From Candidatus Shapirobacteria bacterium (GTDB lineage: Bacteria; Patescibacteriota; Microgenomatia; UBA12405), in contig JBAZZE010000002.1 of the NCBI GenBank assembly GCA_041658955.1, positions 12,505 to 76,504 of the forward strand: a DNA stretch of 64,000 nucleotides, given 5' to 3'. Position numbers and translations under genes: made by a program. Below are positions 37,340 through 47,487 of the stretch, piece after piece; within the stretch, counting starts at the first letter, position 1; each line of letters opens with the position of its first letter. The notes below the pieces were generated by a model that had not been told where the DNA came from, did no database searches, and worked only from the letters and a program-made list of their open reading frames with translations.

Positions 37340-38788
37340 ATGAAGTTGAAAAAACGAGTTCTGGTAGCCAATTCTGTAGGTAAAGATGATGATGGAAATC
37401 ATTACATCTTATTTCCTTCACGGTGGTCAACTTGTGTTGGCAAGACAAAGTCATTTAATTTTTATCCGTATGAACTAGGATATTTGTCTTCAATGCTAAA
37501 ACAGAATAAGGGTTTGGAAGTTAAAATGGTTGATGGAAATTACGAGGAACTGGATGCCGAGCAATATTTTGAAAAATATAAAAATTTTAAGCCAGATTTT
37601 TTGGTGGTTGAGACATCATCTGTCGTTTACAAATATGATCTTAGATTTGCCCTAAAGTTTAAGAGAAAATATGGAACTAAGATAATATTTTGTGGACAGC
37701 ATCCGACAGCCTTTCCAAAAGAAGTACTAGCTGATGGTGTTGATTTTGTGGCAACTGGAGAATATGAACCAGCGGTAGTCAAACTAGTAAGCGGTGGTAA
37801 GGCAGAATCAATTGATGGCATCTATCCAAACCCAGTCAAAGAGCTACTAGATGTACATACACTCCCCTTTCCTGAGGATGATGATATTAGTCGGATGAAC
37901 TACACCCGAATTGGTGGATGTGATTATAAAGAAATTGAGTTTTTCGCTACTCGTGGTTGTCCAATGAACTGTAACTTTTGTGTAGCCAGACAGACTTACT
38001 ATGGTAAGCCGAACTTTCGAGTCAGAGAAGTACAAAACGTGATTGATGAGATTAAATATCTCCGAAATAAATATCCGGAAATGGAGGGTATTTTTTTTGA
38101 TGAAGAAAATCATAATTCCAATAAAAAGTTTGTGATGGAGTTATGTCAGGCCATAATTGATAATGGACTGCAGGATCTGAAATACGATGCTATGTGTGGG
38201 TATTGGACTTTTGATGAAGAAATGCTGGCTATGATGCGAAAAGCTGGTTATTATAAAATCCGAATTGGTATAGAGACTGCATCTGTAAAAACAGCCCAAG
38301 GAATGGTTAAAAATGTGAATGTTGATAGGATCATTGAAGTACTAAAAATGGCTAAGAAAGTGGGGATGAGGATGTATGCTACCTTTACTTTTGGTTCGCC
38401 TGATTCGAATGTGGTGGAAGACGGTAAGACTTTGGACTTGATTGAAAAGTTAACTAAAGAAGGCTTACTGTGGGATTTCCAAGCTTCGGTGTGTACTCCC
38501 CAACCTGGGACACCTTTTTATAATCTGCTTAAAAGCCGGGGAAATCTGCTGACCGATGACTGGCGAAAATATAATGGCAATACGGCAGTCTACGAATACC
38601 CGGATTATAAAAAAAGAGAAATCGAGAGTAACTTACCAAAGGCCGCATGGCTCTACCTAAAGACTAGGGTGAGAAGAAGTGGTGTGGCGGGGACAGTAAT
38701 GGAGATTGTTAAGCGCGATGGCTGGAACTCGTTTGGAGTCAAGCTAGTAGCTTTTGGCAAAGCCTACTATCGAGCGATAACTGCCTGA
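37340..38788 (+). CDS. Cobalamin-binding radical SAM protein, paralog 3
   Basis: 482 aa. An N-terminal B12-binding-like region is followed by a canonical TRGCPMNCNFC motif and a radical SAM core. Confidence 0.75.
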   Translation: MKLKKRVLVANSVGKDDDGNHYILFPSRWSTCVGKTKSFNFYPYELGYLSSMLKQNKGLEVKMVDGNYEELDAEQYFEKYKNFKPDFLVVETSSVVYKYDLRFALKFKRKYGTKIIFCGQHPTAFPKEVLADGVDFVATGEYEPAVVKLVSGGKAESIDGIYPNPVKELLDVHTLPFPEDDDISRMNYTRIGGCDYKEIEFFATRGCPMNCNFCVARQTYYGKPNFRVREVQNVIDEIKYLRNKYPEMEGIFFDEENHNSNKKFVMELCQAIIDNGLQDLKYDAMCGYWTFDEEMLAMMRKAGYYKIRIGIETASVKTAQGMVKNVNVDRIIEVLKMAKKVGMRMYATFTFGSPDSNVVEDGKTLDLIEKLTKEGLLWDFQASVCTPQPGTPFYNLLKSRGNLLTDDWRKYNGNTAVYEYPDYKKREIESNLPKAAWLYLKTRVRRSGVAGTVMEIVKRDGWNSFGVKLVAFGKAYYRAITA

Positions 38789-39963
38789 TAGATATTTTCA
38801 AATCGAGTTTTCCAATTCCAGTTCTCAATTGTTAGGGCGCGGGCGTCAATCGAGTGTATTTTATAAAACTCCTTGTCAGTTAAAAGTTTGACGACTGCAT
38901 CGGCAAATTTATCAACATTTGGAAGCGGTACTTTTACCATCCCTTTTGGATAATAAGTTTTGAGTGCCGGAAGGTCAAATGATACTCCGGGAAGTCCCCA
39001 AGCCATAGCTTCGGCGGCGGCCATCCCCCCACTATCATAGGTAGCTGGATGAAGAACTATTTTACTATTTTTAATGAGAGCAAATTTTTTTGGGCCTACT
39101 AAAAAGCCAATTACTTTTATATTTTTAGTTAGATTTAATTCTTTGATCCGAGAAGTCATTCGACTCATCAGTTCACCATCACCAACTATAACCAGTTGTG
39201 CTTTGGGAAGTTTTTTAGTTACTCGTGACCAGATTTCGATCATTTCCATAACTCCTTTTTGATTGTGGAGGCGGCCTAGAAAAAAGGCATCGTAATGACG
39301 TTTTGCTATTGGTTTTAATGAAGAAATGATTTTCGAAGAAGGTATGGTGACTCCGCCTTGAACGATTATAATTTTGTTTTTTGGTAAACGATTGTTTTCG
39401 AAAATTTGGATATCAGGAAAGGACGTAACAAACACAAAATCTGCCAAAAGACGGGCAAGTAATACAGTCGGTCTTTGGGCTAAATAATAGATAAGACCAC
39501 GAATCGGGTGGTGGTTAGTTAGATAGGGTGATGTCGGGTCTGTGGGAAAAGGGGCCAGAAGATAGTAACCACATAGCCATTTTATTTGGGGATTAAATAT
39601 TTTGGCAAAAACACCAAATGTCAAATCACCATAAAAGTCGGAAGAAGTGTAAATATACTGGTATTGTTTAAAAAGTTGCCAATGAGTAAGGCTAAAGATT
39701 TTGGCGGTAATAAACCGGAGAGTATGGTGAATGGTTAGATGAAAAGTAGAAAGGTGGGTGACAGTAGGTAGTGAAGTAGTGGTAATAATTTTGAGATTGA
39801 GTTGGTTGCGAAGAATAAGTCGTTTGGCTTCGGGGGATGCGAGAGCGGTGATGTCAAAGTGTGGTTGCCAATATTTGATGAGGTTTAGAAAAATTCGGTC
39901 TCCCCCGCTGAGGCTAGTACCAAGGTTGGCGTGGCAAACAACGAGTAGTTTTGGCTTGAGCAT
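38767..39963 (-). CDS. GT4 family glycosyltransferase
   Basis: 398 aa with a GT-B C-terminal domain (GGMAAAEAMAWGLPGVSFDLPAL). Confidence 0.7.
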   Translation of the reverse strand: MLKPKLLVVCHANLGTSLSGGDRIFLNLIKYWQPHFDITALASPEAKRLILRNQLNLKIITTTSLPTVTHLSTFHLTIHHTLRFITAKIFSLTHWQLFKQYQYIYTSSDFYGDLTFGVFAKIFNPQIKWLCGYYLLAPFPTDPTSPYLTNHHPIRGLIYYLAQRPTVLLARLLADFVFVTSFPDIQIFENNRLPKNKIIIVQGGVTIPSSKIISSLKPIAKRHYDAFFLGRLHNQKGVMEMIEIWSRVTKKLPKAQLVIVGDGELMSRMTSRIKELNLTKNIKVIGFLVGPKKFALIKNSKIVLHPATYDSGGMAAAEAMAWGLPGVSFDLPALKTYYPKGMVKVPLPNVDKFADAVVKLLTDKEFYKIHSIDARALTIENWNWKTRFENIYQAVIAR

Positions 39964-39979
39964 ACTCTGATATTATATA

Positions 39980-40606
39980 GTGATGAAAGAGGAAGTGAGA
40001 ATTAACTTAGGTTCGGGTCCGGATGGGATAAAAGGCTGGATTAATTACGACTGGGGATTGTTGCCACTTTTTGGGAAGTTTCCATTATTTAGAAAGGTAT
40101 TAGTAACTTTAGGGATATTGGATAAGAGTTACGAAAGAAAGTGGGAGGGAGTGATTCTACATGATTTACGCAAGGGAATACCGATGGCCGATAATAGTGT
40201 GGACTGGGTTTATAGTTCTAATTTTTTAGAGCATTTGGAAAAATATGAAACTGAAAAGTTATTATCTGAGTGCCTTCGGGTACTAAAAGTAAATGGAAAA
40301 ATTAGAATAGTCGTGCCTGATATTGGCAAGGTAATGGAGAAATATAAAAATACTGGGGATGCTGATGTATTTTGTCGGGAATTTTATGGATATGATAAAG
40401 ACAAAATGTTTGGAGTAAGTAAATCAGCTGTCAGAGGTCACCAATGGATGTACGACTATCAGAGTTTAAGTAATCTTTTAAATAAGGTTGGTTTTGTAAA
40501 GATAACTAAATCGACTTTTCGCAAGAGTACGATGAGAGATATTGAATTACTCGATCTTTCGATTCATCAAGAGCTGGGACTGTATATTGAAGCGGAAAAG
40601 AATTAG
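39980..40606 (+). CDS. Class I SAM methyltransferase (Methyltransf_11-like)
   Basis: 208 aa. VDWVYSSNFLEHLEKYETEKLLSECLRVLKVNGKIRIVVPD is the motif II/III region of type 11 methyltransferases. Confidence 0.6.
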   Translation: MMKEEVRINLGSGPDGIKGWINYDWGLLPLFGKFPLFRKVLVTLGILDKSYERKWEGVILHDLRKGIPMADNSVDWVYSSNFLEHLEKYETEKLLSECLRVLKVNGKIRIVVPDIGKVMEKYKNTGDADVFCREFYGYDKDKMFGVSKSAVRGHQWMYDYQSLSNLLNKVGFVKITKSTFRKSTMRDIELLDLSIHQELGLYIEAEKN

Positions 40607-41721
40607 TAGTGCTTAGCAATAAAAAGAATATTGTCAGAAGAATAATGTTTTTTGGCGTAAGATAGACAATTGCTTTTTAGTTTTTTCAAAATGGATGGAT
40701 TTTTATAAAGCTTTTTAATGGCGTTCTCTAGGTTTTCAGATGTAGGGGGTACGATTAGAGCGATAGTTTTGTCGACTGCTTCGGTGGTACCACCGAGGTT
40801 TGAACAGATAACTGGAGTACCACAAGCGACTGATTCGGCCAAGACTCTTCCCCAGCCTTCTTGATAGATAGAGGGTAGGCAGAAAATAGTCGATTGTTGA
40901 TAATATTGAGGTAATGACCGATATGGGACATCACCAATTAATTTGATGTTGGAGTGTTTCAGAGATAGTTGACGAAGGCTGTTATATTGAGGTCCGGTAC
41001 CAATAAAATTAAAAGTAATTTTAGGAAATTTTGGTGCTAATAATGCAAGAGTTAGAGCATTTTTAGGTGGTATTAATCTACCAATAAATAAAACTGAAAA
41101 ATTGGATGAAGTTTTTTTAGTTGGTTTAAAGCGATACAGATCAATCCAATGGTAATAACGAAAAATATTTTTTTTGAAAACACCAAGAGATGTTAGTTGT
41201 TTTACTGATTGGTTTGATTGGGTTAGGACACAATCAGTACTATTTAAAATATTTACCAAAAGATTAGTGGAAAAAGAGTTAAGTGGGACGTTATCGTAAG
41301 TCGAATAAATAGATGTGATGTGCCGTTTTATATTGAATACTTTTTTAAGTATGTTGCCAATCAGGGCAGAATTTAGTCCATGAGAATGGATAGTGTCGAT
41401 GTGGGGTCGATTGACTAATAGCCAGACGAAAGAACGTAATAACAAATATGGGGTAATATAAAGAAAGTTGACTAGAGGGTATTTTTCTAAAATATGAAAG
41501 AGGTTGTGACCTGGTAAATAAAAACGACGAATATATAGATGATCGGTAACTTCAATTTTGTTATAGCTGGTCTTGGTAGAAAGTGGAGAATAGGTAAGAA
41601 CAACTTGGTTATAATTACGTTTCTCGAGTTCGGAAGTTAGGTCTTCAAGATGGGTTTCGGCCCCACCAATGTTTGGTCTGAAGAAGGGAGTGATGTGAAG
41701 GATTGTTTTTATTGGTGCCAT
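40603..41721 (-). CDS. GT4 family glycosyltransferase
   Basis: 372 aa. QEGWGRVLAESVACGTPVICSNLGGTTEAV. Confidence 0.75.
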   Translation of the reverse strand: MAPIKTILHITPFFRPNIGGAETHLEDLTSELEKRNYNQVVLTYSPLSTKTSYNKIEVTDHLYIRRFYLPGHNLFHILEKYPLVNFLYITPYLLLRSFVWLLVNRPHIDTIHSHGLNSALIGNILKKVFNIKRHITSIYSTYDNVPLNSFSTNLLVNILNSTDCVLTQSNQSVKQLTSLGVFKKNIFRYYHWIDLYRFKPTKKTSSNFSVLFIGRLIPPKNALTLALLAPKFPKITFNFIGTGPQYNSLRQLSLKHSNIKLIGDVPYRSLPQYYQQSTIFCLPSIYQEGWGRVLAESVACGTPVICSNLGGTTEAVDKTIALIVPPTSENLENAIKKLYKNPSILKKLKSNCLSYAKKHYSSDNILFIAKHY

Positions 41722-42740
41722 TGTTTTCGGTCTAGTGGTTTTAATAGGCCTAGTTTAAATTTGATGGTTTGGGTGCCGTAATTATAAAGGGTTATTAGAC
41801 AAGCTAAGGGATGAAAAAACCATGCTGGATCAGGTTTTTTGATAAAACCTCGGAAGGTGTCATAAATCATCGGAAAAATAGTAACTACATAAAGACAGAA
41901 ACGGATGGTCGGCATTAAGTTGTTTTGAGTTAGAGGGTAAGTCCGGTCGTGTCTATAAGTATAGAGGTCGACAGCCCGACGTAATTGTTTACGATTGAAT
42001 TTGGAAATGGAAGATTCACAATAGGTGTGGATAATACCAACTTTGACTTTGGCGAATTTTAGAGTTTTCTTCTTAGTAAGAATGGTTGATAAAAAGTCGA
42101 TGTCAAAAAAGTAGTCTCCAGACAAATATTTCTTGGCGATAGACGAGCGATAGATGGTGCCGTTGGCGCCGATAGTTGGAAGTGGAGATGTACTGTTAAA
42201 ACGAATAAGTTGGTAATATTGGTGGTCAACAATATTTAGATTTAACCCGGTCCAAGTGTTACTGAGTAGACTTTGCCGATCATAATTTTTGGCAATCAGA
42301 GTGTAAGGATCATTGACTCCAGTTAAGGCGCTATAGCGTTCGATAAACCCACCTTTGGGTCTGTAAGTGTAACTCCATGGTTCAGCGCCAATTGTGTTTG
42401 GTGATGAGATAAGCGGGATAAGCATTTTAGATAACCAATCGGTATCTGGGAGGATGTTGTCTGAATCGACTAGGGCAACAAAATCAGTAGTAGCTTTTTT
42501 GATACCAAAGGCTTTGGCTGACTCTCCTGTTTTAAGTGGATTGTGAATCACTTGAGTACGATAAATATTGGTTATTTTAAGGGTTGAATCAGTCGAGCCC
42601 CCATCGACAATGAGAATGGTTATTTTATTTTGGGGATATTTTTGATCAACAATTGACTGCAGACAATCTATTAGAACAGACCCAGAATTTAAGGTGGGAA
42701 TAATAAAAGTTACTGATGGAAATTTAGAGGATACCGCCAT
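41709..42740 (-). CDS. GT2 family glycosyltransferase
   Basis: 343 aa. VTFIIPTLNSGSVLIDCL...LIVDGGSTDST...LVDSDN. Confidence 0.75.
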   Translation of the reverse strand: MAVSSKFPSVTFIIPTLNSGSVLIDCLQSIVDQKYPQNKITILIVDGGSTDSTLKITNIYRTQVIHNPLKTGESAKAFGIKKATTDFVALVDSDNILPDTDWLSKMLIPLISSPNTIGAEPWSYTYRPKGGFIERYSALTGVNDPYTLIAKNYDRQSLLSNTWTGLNLNIVDHQYYQLIRFNSTSPLPTIGANGTIYRSSIAKKYLSGDYFFDIDFLSTILTKKKTLKFAKVKVGIIHTYCESSISKFNRKQLRRAVDLYTYRHDRTYPLTQNNLMPTIRFCLYVVTIFPMIYDTFRGFIKKPDPAWFFHPLACLITLYNYGTQTIKFKLGLLKPLDRKQWHQ

Positions 42741-44259
42741 AACGATGGATGAGTGAAAAAATCCAATAATCTAGTGGATAGTCAAAGAACTTTAGTCGCC
42801 AACGAATGGTAACTAAAAGTAGAGCAATATAATAACCAGTGGTAAAGGCAACTTTTGCCAGTGGATTTTTTAGGCGAGGATACAACATGGTATAGGTATC
42901 TCGGTCCATAATTCCAAAAATATATTGAGTTAACATGGCAGTTAATCGAGCATCATGCGAACTAATCCACTGTTGGCGAATCGTCTCCTTGAAAGCGTTT
43001 TCGGGTGACATAAGATAATTGGTCCACTGCTCAAAACTAGTAGGTGCTTTTAGTCCTAGACTCACTGCACGGTTGTATAATGATGCCCCAGGGTATGGTA
43101 AAAATACGTAGTAAGTATAACGGTTACGATTGCTAATTTTTAATAATCTATCGATAAGACTTAGTGTAGACCGGTATTCGGTAGCTACAAATTCGTCATT
43201 TTCTTGGGGATTTTTGGACCATGGTAGGCCGACTAAAAATGAATAGAGAATTTTAATATTATGTTGGTGACAGAGCTGAGTGAATTTGACTATTTCGTCG
43301 ACATTCATGTCTTTACTGATAAAGTCGAGTGATTTTTGATCACCTGATTCGGCTCCGGTGAGGATCATAGTGCAACCAGCTTTTTCCATGAGATCCCAGG
43401 TTTCTGGTTTATAGCGACTAAGCTGCCCAGCTCGACCGTTGGCATTGCCAAATTTGATGGGAAGTTTTCTCTCGATTAATCCCTGACAGATTTTTTGGAC
43501 TCGGTTTTCATCAACAAAAAAATTGCTATCATAAACAGCAATTGAGTCGGCACCATAAGTTCTATATAAGTTTTCCCATTCGTCCAAGACTTTTTCAGCG
43601 GGAACGGCTTTCCAGCTGCGTTTGTTGACAATCTCTTCAACACAAAAGGCACAACGATGAGGACAGCCGTAACTACTAATATAAGGTGCCGTTCGAAGTC
43701 CATATTCAGTGGGGATGGTACAGTTGCTGACATCGATGAGGTGATAGGGAAGGGGTGGAACAGCTGCCAGGTCGACAGGTCCCCTGTCTGGTGTTTCAAT
43801 AATCTTCTTTCTTTTTTTATAGACCAAACCTTTGACACTCTGAAGATCAGTTTTGTTTTCCAGAGCGTGGACTAACTCGGTAAAGGTGATGTCACCTTGA
43901 CCTTTGACTACAATATCGACATGGGGATCTTTGACAGTTTCGTGAGGAAGAATTGAAGGGTGCCAACCACCCCAGACTATGGGAACTTTGGGATATTTTT
44001 TCTTAAATTTTTTGGCTAATTTTAAACCATCATATATTTGGTGGCCAGTCATGGCACTAATACCAAGACAAATAGCATCTTTACCAGAGGACAATAATTC
44101 TCGTTCGTAATTTTTTTGAAGGTAACGAGTGTATATTTTGATGTCGTAATTTTCTTGATCAAGATAGCGGGAGATGGCTAGTAGGGCTAAAGGCACTCCA
44201 TGCCAGTTTCTTTCATAAGGTAGTGGGGAGGGAAAGAAGAGAAGAATTTTTTTGGACAT
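42724..44259 (-). CDS. Cobalamin-binding radical SAM protein, paralog 4
   Basis: 511 aa. An N-terminal B12-binding-like domain is followed by a canonical SYGCPHRCAFC motif and a radical SAM core. Confidence 0.75.
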   Translation of the reverse strand: MSKKILLFFPSPLPYERNWHGVPLALLAISRYLDQENYDIKIYTRYLQKNYERELLSSGKDAICLGISAMTGHQIYDGLKLAKKFKKKYPKVPIVWGGWHPSILPHETVKDPHVDIVVKGQGDITFTELVHALENKTDLQSVKGLVYKKRKKIIETPDRGPVDLAAVPPLPYHLIDVSNCTIPTEYGLRTAPYISSYGCPHRCAFCVEEIVNKRSWKAVPAEKVLDEWENLYRTYGADSIAVYDSNFFVDENRVQKICQGLIERKLPIKFGNANGRAGQLSRYKPETWDLMEKAGCTMILTGAESGDQKSLDFISKDMNVDEIVKFTQLCHQHNIKILYSFLVGLPWSKNPQENDEFVATEYRSTLSLIDRLLKISNRNRYTYYVFLPYPGASLYNRAVSLGLKAPTSFEQWTNYLMSPENAFKETIRQQWISSHDARLTAMLTQYIFGIMDRDTYTMLYPRLKNPLAKVAFTTGYYIALLLVTIRWRLKFFDYPLDYWIFSLIHRYGGIL

Positions 44260-44983
44260 AAAGGCTATTGATTGGTGTCTTTTGAACCAACTTATAGCCT
44301 AATTTTAACAGATATTGATGGAGTGAGAGACTGGACTGCGTTTCGACACAAATTACCTTGGGATGATACTTATTCCAATTGTTACTTTTGAGAACTGTTA
44401 GGTCATGACCTTCGGTATCTATACTAAGTAGGTCAAAATTATCGCTATTTGATAAATGTTTATCAAGGACAGCCGATAAAGACGAAACTTTTATATTGGG
44501 GGTACTAACTAAAATAGAATTATTTTTTAAGTTATGTTGATATTGTTTTTCCGAAAAGGTGGAATTAACATCAGGAAACATTTGATAAAATTTTAGAAGT
44601 CCGGAACTGTCAGATATGCCAATGTTAAGGTTGATATCACGATCTCTTTTTTGTTTATAAAGCGAGAGGAGTTGGGGGTTTGGTTCGATATTTATACCCT
44701 GACTCCCGTGTAGATAGAAAAAGTAGGTGTTGTTAAATTTTTGAGGATGATTGGCACCGATATCAACGTAGAATATTTTTTTAGAATTTAAAAGTTTTTT
44801 GATAATCAGATCCTCATTGTATTGAGAGTAGGATTTTTGGAGAAATTCATAAAATATTTTGCGATAAAGGAACTGGAGTGTAAGTTTGATTGTCCAATAA
44901 AATCCGTAGATACGGAATTTAGTTAGTAGCTGCCTTACTAACGAGAGGGAAGTCTCGGAGTTTTTTGAGGTATTTAATGGCAT
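44213..44983 (-). CDS. FkbM family methyltransferase
   Basis: 256 aa. QYNEDLIIKKL...FYVDIGANHPQKFNNTYFF matches the FkbM consensus (GED..l...vvDvGAn.G). Confidence 0.65.
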   Translation of the reverse strand: MPLNTSKNSETSLSLVRQLLTKFRIYGFYWTIKLTLQFLYRKIFYEFLQKSYSQYNEDLIIKKLLNSKKIFYVDIGANHPQKFNNTYFFYLHGSQGINIEPNPQLLSLYKQKRDRDINLNIGISDSSGLLKFYQMFPDVNSTFSEKQYQHNLKNNSILVSTPNIKVSSLSAVLDKHLSNSDNFDLLSIDTEGHDLTVLKSNNWNKYHPKVICVETQSSLSLHQYLLKLGYKLVQKTPINSLYVQKNSSLLSLPTTL

Positions 44984-46484
44984 AGGTAAATAGATGCTTG
45001 ATATCGTCTAAAGAGCGGATAGACAAGACTTTACGAATTAGAAAACGAGGAGTGAGAATGCCATGGAAGAGACTCTGGACGAGTTCTAACTGTTCATTGT
45101 CGGATAGAGGTGACTTCATTATGGGATGGCGCATGTCGTATTCATTCCAGTCCTCAGTTTTTAACCAATTGTTGTCTTGGCATTGCTTGAATAATGGGGT
45201 ACCAGGATAAGGGACTACAATAGTTGCTTGCATACTGTCGGCTAGACCATCACGGAAAAGACTACGAGCCTCTTCAAGGGTATTAAGGGCATCTTGGCGA
45301 GTTTCCCAAGGGTAGCCGATCATAATGGTCAAATGTGGTTCTAAACCGGCTTTTTTGGCCATGATCAGTGTTTTGCGTGAGTCTTCTACTTTGGTGTTTT
45401 TGACAATCATGTCGAGGGTTTTTTGGTTACTTGATTCAAGTCCATAAAGAATAAACCTAAAACCAGCTTTGCCCATGAGGTCATATTGTTCTTGGTTGAG
45501 GGCCCCAAAGCGCATATTACAGCCCATGACAACTTTTTTGTGAAGTCCCCTCTTGATCATCTCGTTACAAAAGTCGCGCAGCCAAGGCCCGATAGGTAAC
45601 GTCCCGGCATCGTCAAAAATTTCTCGAATACCAAGTGAGGCCATATATTCGATTTCATCAACCGTGTGTTTGACTGAAAAATTACGAAAATTATTGCCTG
45701 GGAAAATACTAATCCAAGAACAAAAAGTACATTTACCCCACCAACAATCTCGTCCAGTCATCAAATAAGCGCCGGGGTGGTATTTGAAATTGGTATTGTC
45801 ATTGCCGTAGAGTTTCCAATTGGTGAGCTCTCGGTTGATGGGAGGAAGAGTGTCTAGATTGTGATGTTTTAGGGCAAATTTGCCAGTATTAACTATTACC
45901 CGTTTGGATTTGGCAGAGGTTTTAAGATTGCCACGTCGCTTCGCTCCTCGCAATGACGTGGGTTCTTCCTTTGACCAAAAAAAGAATCCTGGCTCGAGTT
46001 TTGTACCATTTACTAAATGTTCGACTAAATTCATCGTCATAAAATCGTAGTCGCCACCGGTAATGACATAATCTACTGGCGAATTTTTGAGTGATTCTTC
46101 GGGCATTGCGGTGACATGGTCACCGAATAGAACAACTTTTAGATTCCACTTATTGTCCTTAGAAGCGGCTGATTTTAAGTCTTTGATAATAGCCCAGTGT
46201 CGTTTGATGGTGGGAGTCTTGGATTCGATGGCCACAAGTGATGGCCGCCATTTTTTAATTCGAGCCAACCACTTTTGATAAGATATTTTTTCAGCAATAG
46301 CGTCATCCCAATAGACTTTGTATCCCAGATTGTGAAGTGCAGAGGCACCATAAGCCGGAATAACTGGCAAAATTACATTGCCGGTGTTGGTCCACTGAAA
46401 TTGGCGGTTTTGAGCTAGAAAGGGAATACCTTTGTCGGTTTCCAATGGTGGGTAAGAAATGGCAATTGAAAAGCTCTTTTTCAT
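44919..46484 (-). CDS. Cobalamin-binding radical SAM protein, paralog 5, with a CX4CX2C motif and an internal basic insert homologous to the intergenic element at 29.05 kb
   Basis: 521 aa. The Cys cluster GRDCWWGKCTFC is at 45720..45746. Residues ~173-193 (EEPTSLRGAKRRGNLKTSAKS) are encoded by repeat copy B. Confidence 0.7.
   Translation of the reverse strand: MKKSFSIAISYPPLETDKGIPFLAQNRQFQWTNTGNVILPVIPAYGASALHNLGYKVYWDDAIAEKISYQKWLARIKKWRPSLVAIESKTPTIKRHWAIIKDLKSAASKDNKWNLKVVLFGDHVTAMPEESLKNSPVDYVITGGDYDFMTMNLVEHLVNGTKLEPGFFFWSKEEPTSLRGAKRRGNLKTSAKSKRVIVNTGKFALKHHNLDTLPPINRELTNWKLYGNDNTNFKYHPGAYLMTGRDCWWGKCTFCSWISIFPGNNFRNFSVKHTVDEIEYMASLGIREIFDDAGTLPIGPWLRDFCNEMIKRGLHKKVVMGCNMRFGALNQEQYDLMGKAGFRFILYGLESSNQKTLDMIVKNTKVEDSRKTLIMAKKAGLEPHLTIMIGYPWETRQDALNTLEEARSLFRDGLADSMQATIVVPYPGTPLFKQCQDNNWLKTEDWNEYDMRHPIMKSPLSDNEQLELVQSLFHGILTPRFLIRKVLSIRSLDDIKHLFTYAIKYLKKLRDFPLVSKAATN
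45912..45961. repeat. Repeat copy B (inside the rSAM paralog 5 CDS): GGCAGAGGTTTTAAGATTGCCACGTCGCTTCGCTCCTCGCAATGACGTGG
   Basis: It is homologous to 29051..29123 in the same + strand orientation. It contains the inverted pairs CCACGTC/GACGTGG and ATTGC/GCAAT. Confidence 0.7.
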
Positions 46485-46515
46485 AAACTAATACTATATT
46501 GGTAGGAGTATATTA

Positions 46516-47487
46516 TCAACCTCCAAGATAGCGATCTTTACTTAACCGGTGAGGTTTAAATGATAATTCTGAGGTAAAGAATCCCCAGATAAATAATAAA
46601 CCATAATAGATATGAGTGAGCGGGATAGTAACTGAGGCTAGAAGTGATGTTAATAATTTATTTTTATTAAAAATAAATATAAGAAAGGTTAAAATTAACA
46701 ATCCTAAATAAACAAAAAGTGGAATAATGTAGAAAGGAACTTTAGAGAAAAGTAAGGGAATTGTGAGGCAATAGATGACAAAAAGACTGGGAATTAGGTA
46801 ACCGATTCGAAAACTAGTTTCAGGGTAAATACGAGCGAAGTTGCCACGATGAAGGGCATATCGCGTGATTTGTTGAAGATGAGGAATGATGACTGATCTT
46901 CGATGGTGAAATACCTTAATAGAAGGGTGATAAAAAATTATTTTATTAAGTTTTTTAGTTAGGTCAAGGCAAAGGATAGTGTCTTCTCCTGGCCAATGAT
47001 GAGTGTTAAAACCCTTTACTAAGTTAAAGTCGGTTTTCTTGACTATTAAATTGACTGAAGGGAAGTCATCGACAATTCTTGAGTTTGAAATAGTGTTACG
47101 ATAAACGCCAGCTCCTCCACTGCCCATGAGTGATGACCAGACTAATCCAGAAGCTTGTTGATATAGGTTGTCTGATGGTGGAGTTAGACAAGGACCACAA
47201 AAAGCAGCAAAAGTTGGGTGTTTAATAATTTGACGATAAATATTTTTTAACCAATTTTTATCAGGATAGGAGTCATCGTCAATGAAAGCCAAGTAATCCC
47301 CTTTTGATTTTTTGGCACCCAGATTTCGCTTGACTGCTGGAGAGAAAACGCCAGACATCTTATCGTCAACTATTATTAGTTCAAAGTTCTTAAAAGTCTG
47401 GTGTTTGAGCGCGGCTATTGTTTCCCGAAGGTAAGGGGTAATAGTCCGAACCGGGATTATGATTGAAAAGTAGGGAGTCTTATTCAT
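46516..47487 (-). CDS. GT2 family glycosyltransferase with C-terminal TM helices
   Basis: 323 aa. FSIIIPVRTITPYL...LIIVDDK...AFIDDDSYP, with C-terminal hydrophobic segments. Confidence 0.75.
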   Translation of the reverse strand: MNKTPYFSIIIPVRTITPYLRETIAALKHQTFKNFELIIVDDKMSGVFSPAVKRNLGAKKSKGDYLAFIDDDSYPDKNWLKNIYRQIIKHPTFAAFCGPCLTPPSDNLYQQASGLVWSSLMGSGGAGVYRNTISNSRIVDDFPSVNLIVKKTDFNLVKGFNTHHWPGEDTILCLDLTKKLNKIIFYHPSIKVFHHRRSVIIPHLQQITRYALHRGNFARIYPETSFRIGYLIPSLFVIYCLTIPLLFSKVPFYIIPLFVYLGLLILTFLIFIFNKNKLLTSLLASVTIPLTHIYYGLLFIWGFFTSELSFKPHRLSKDRYLGG

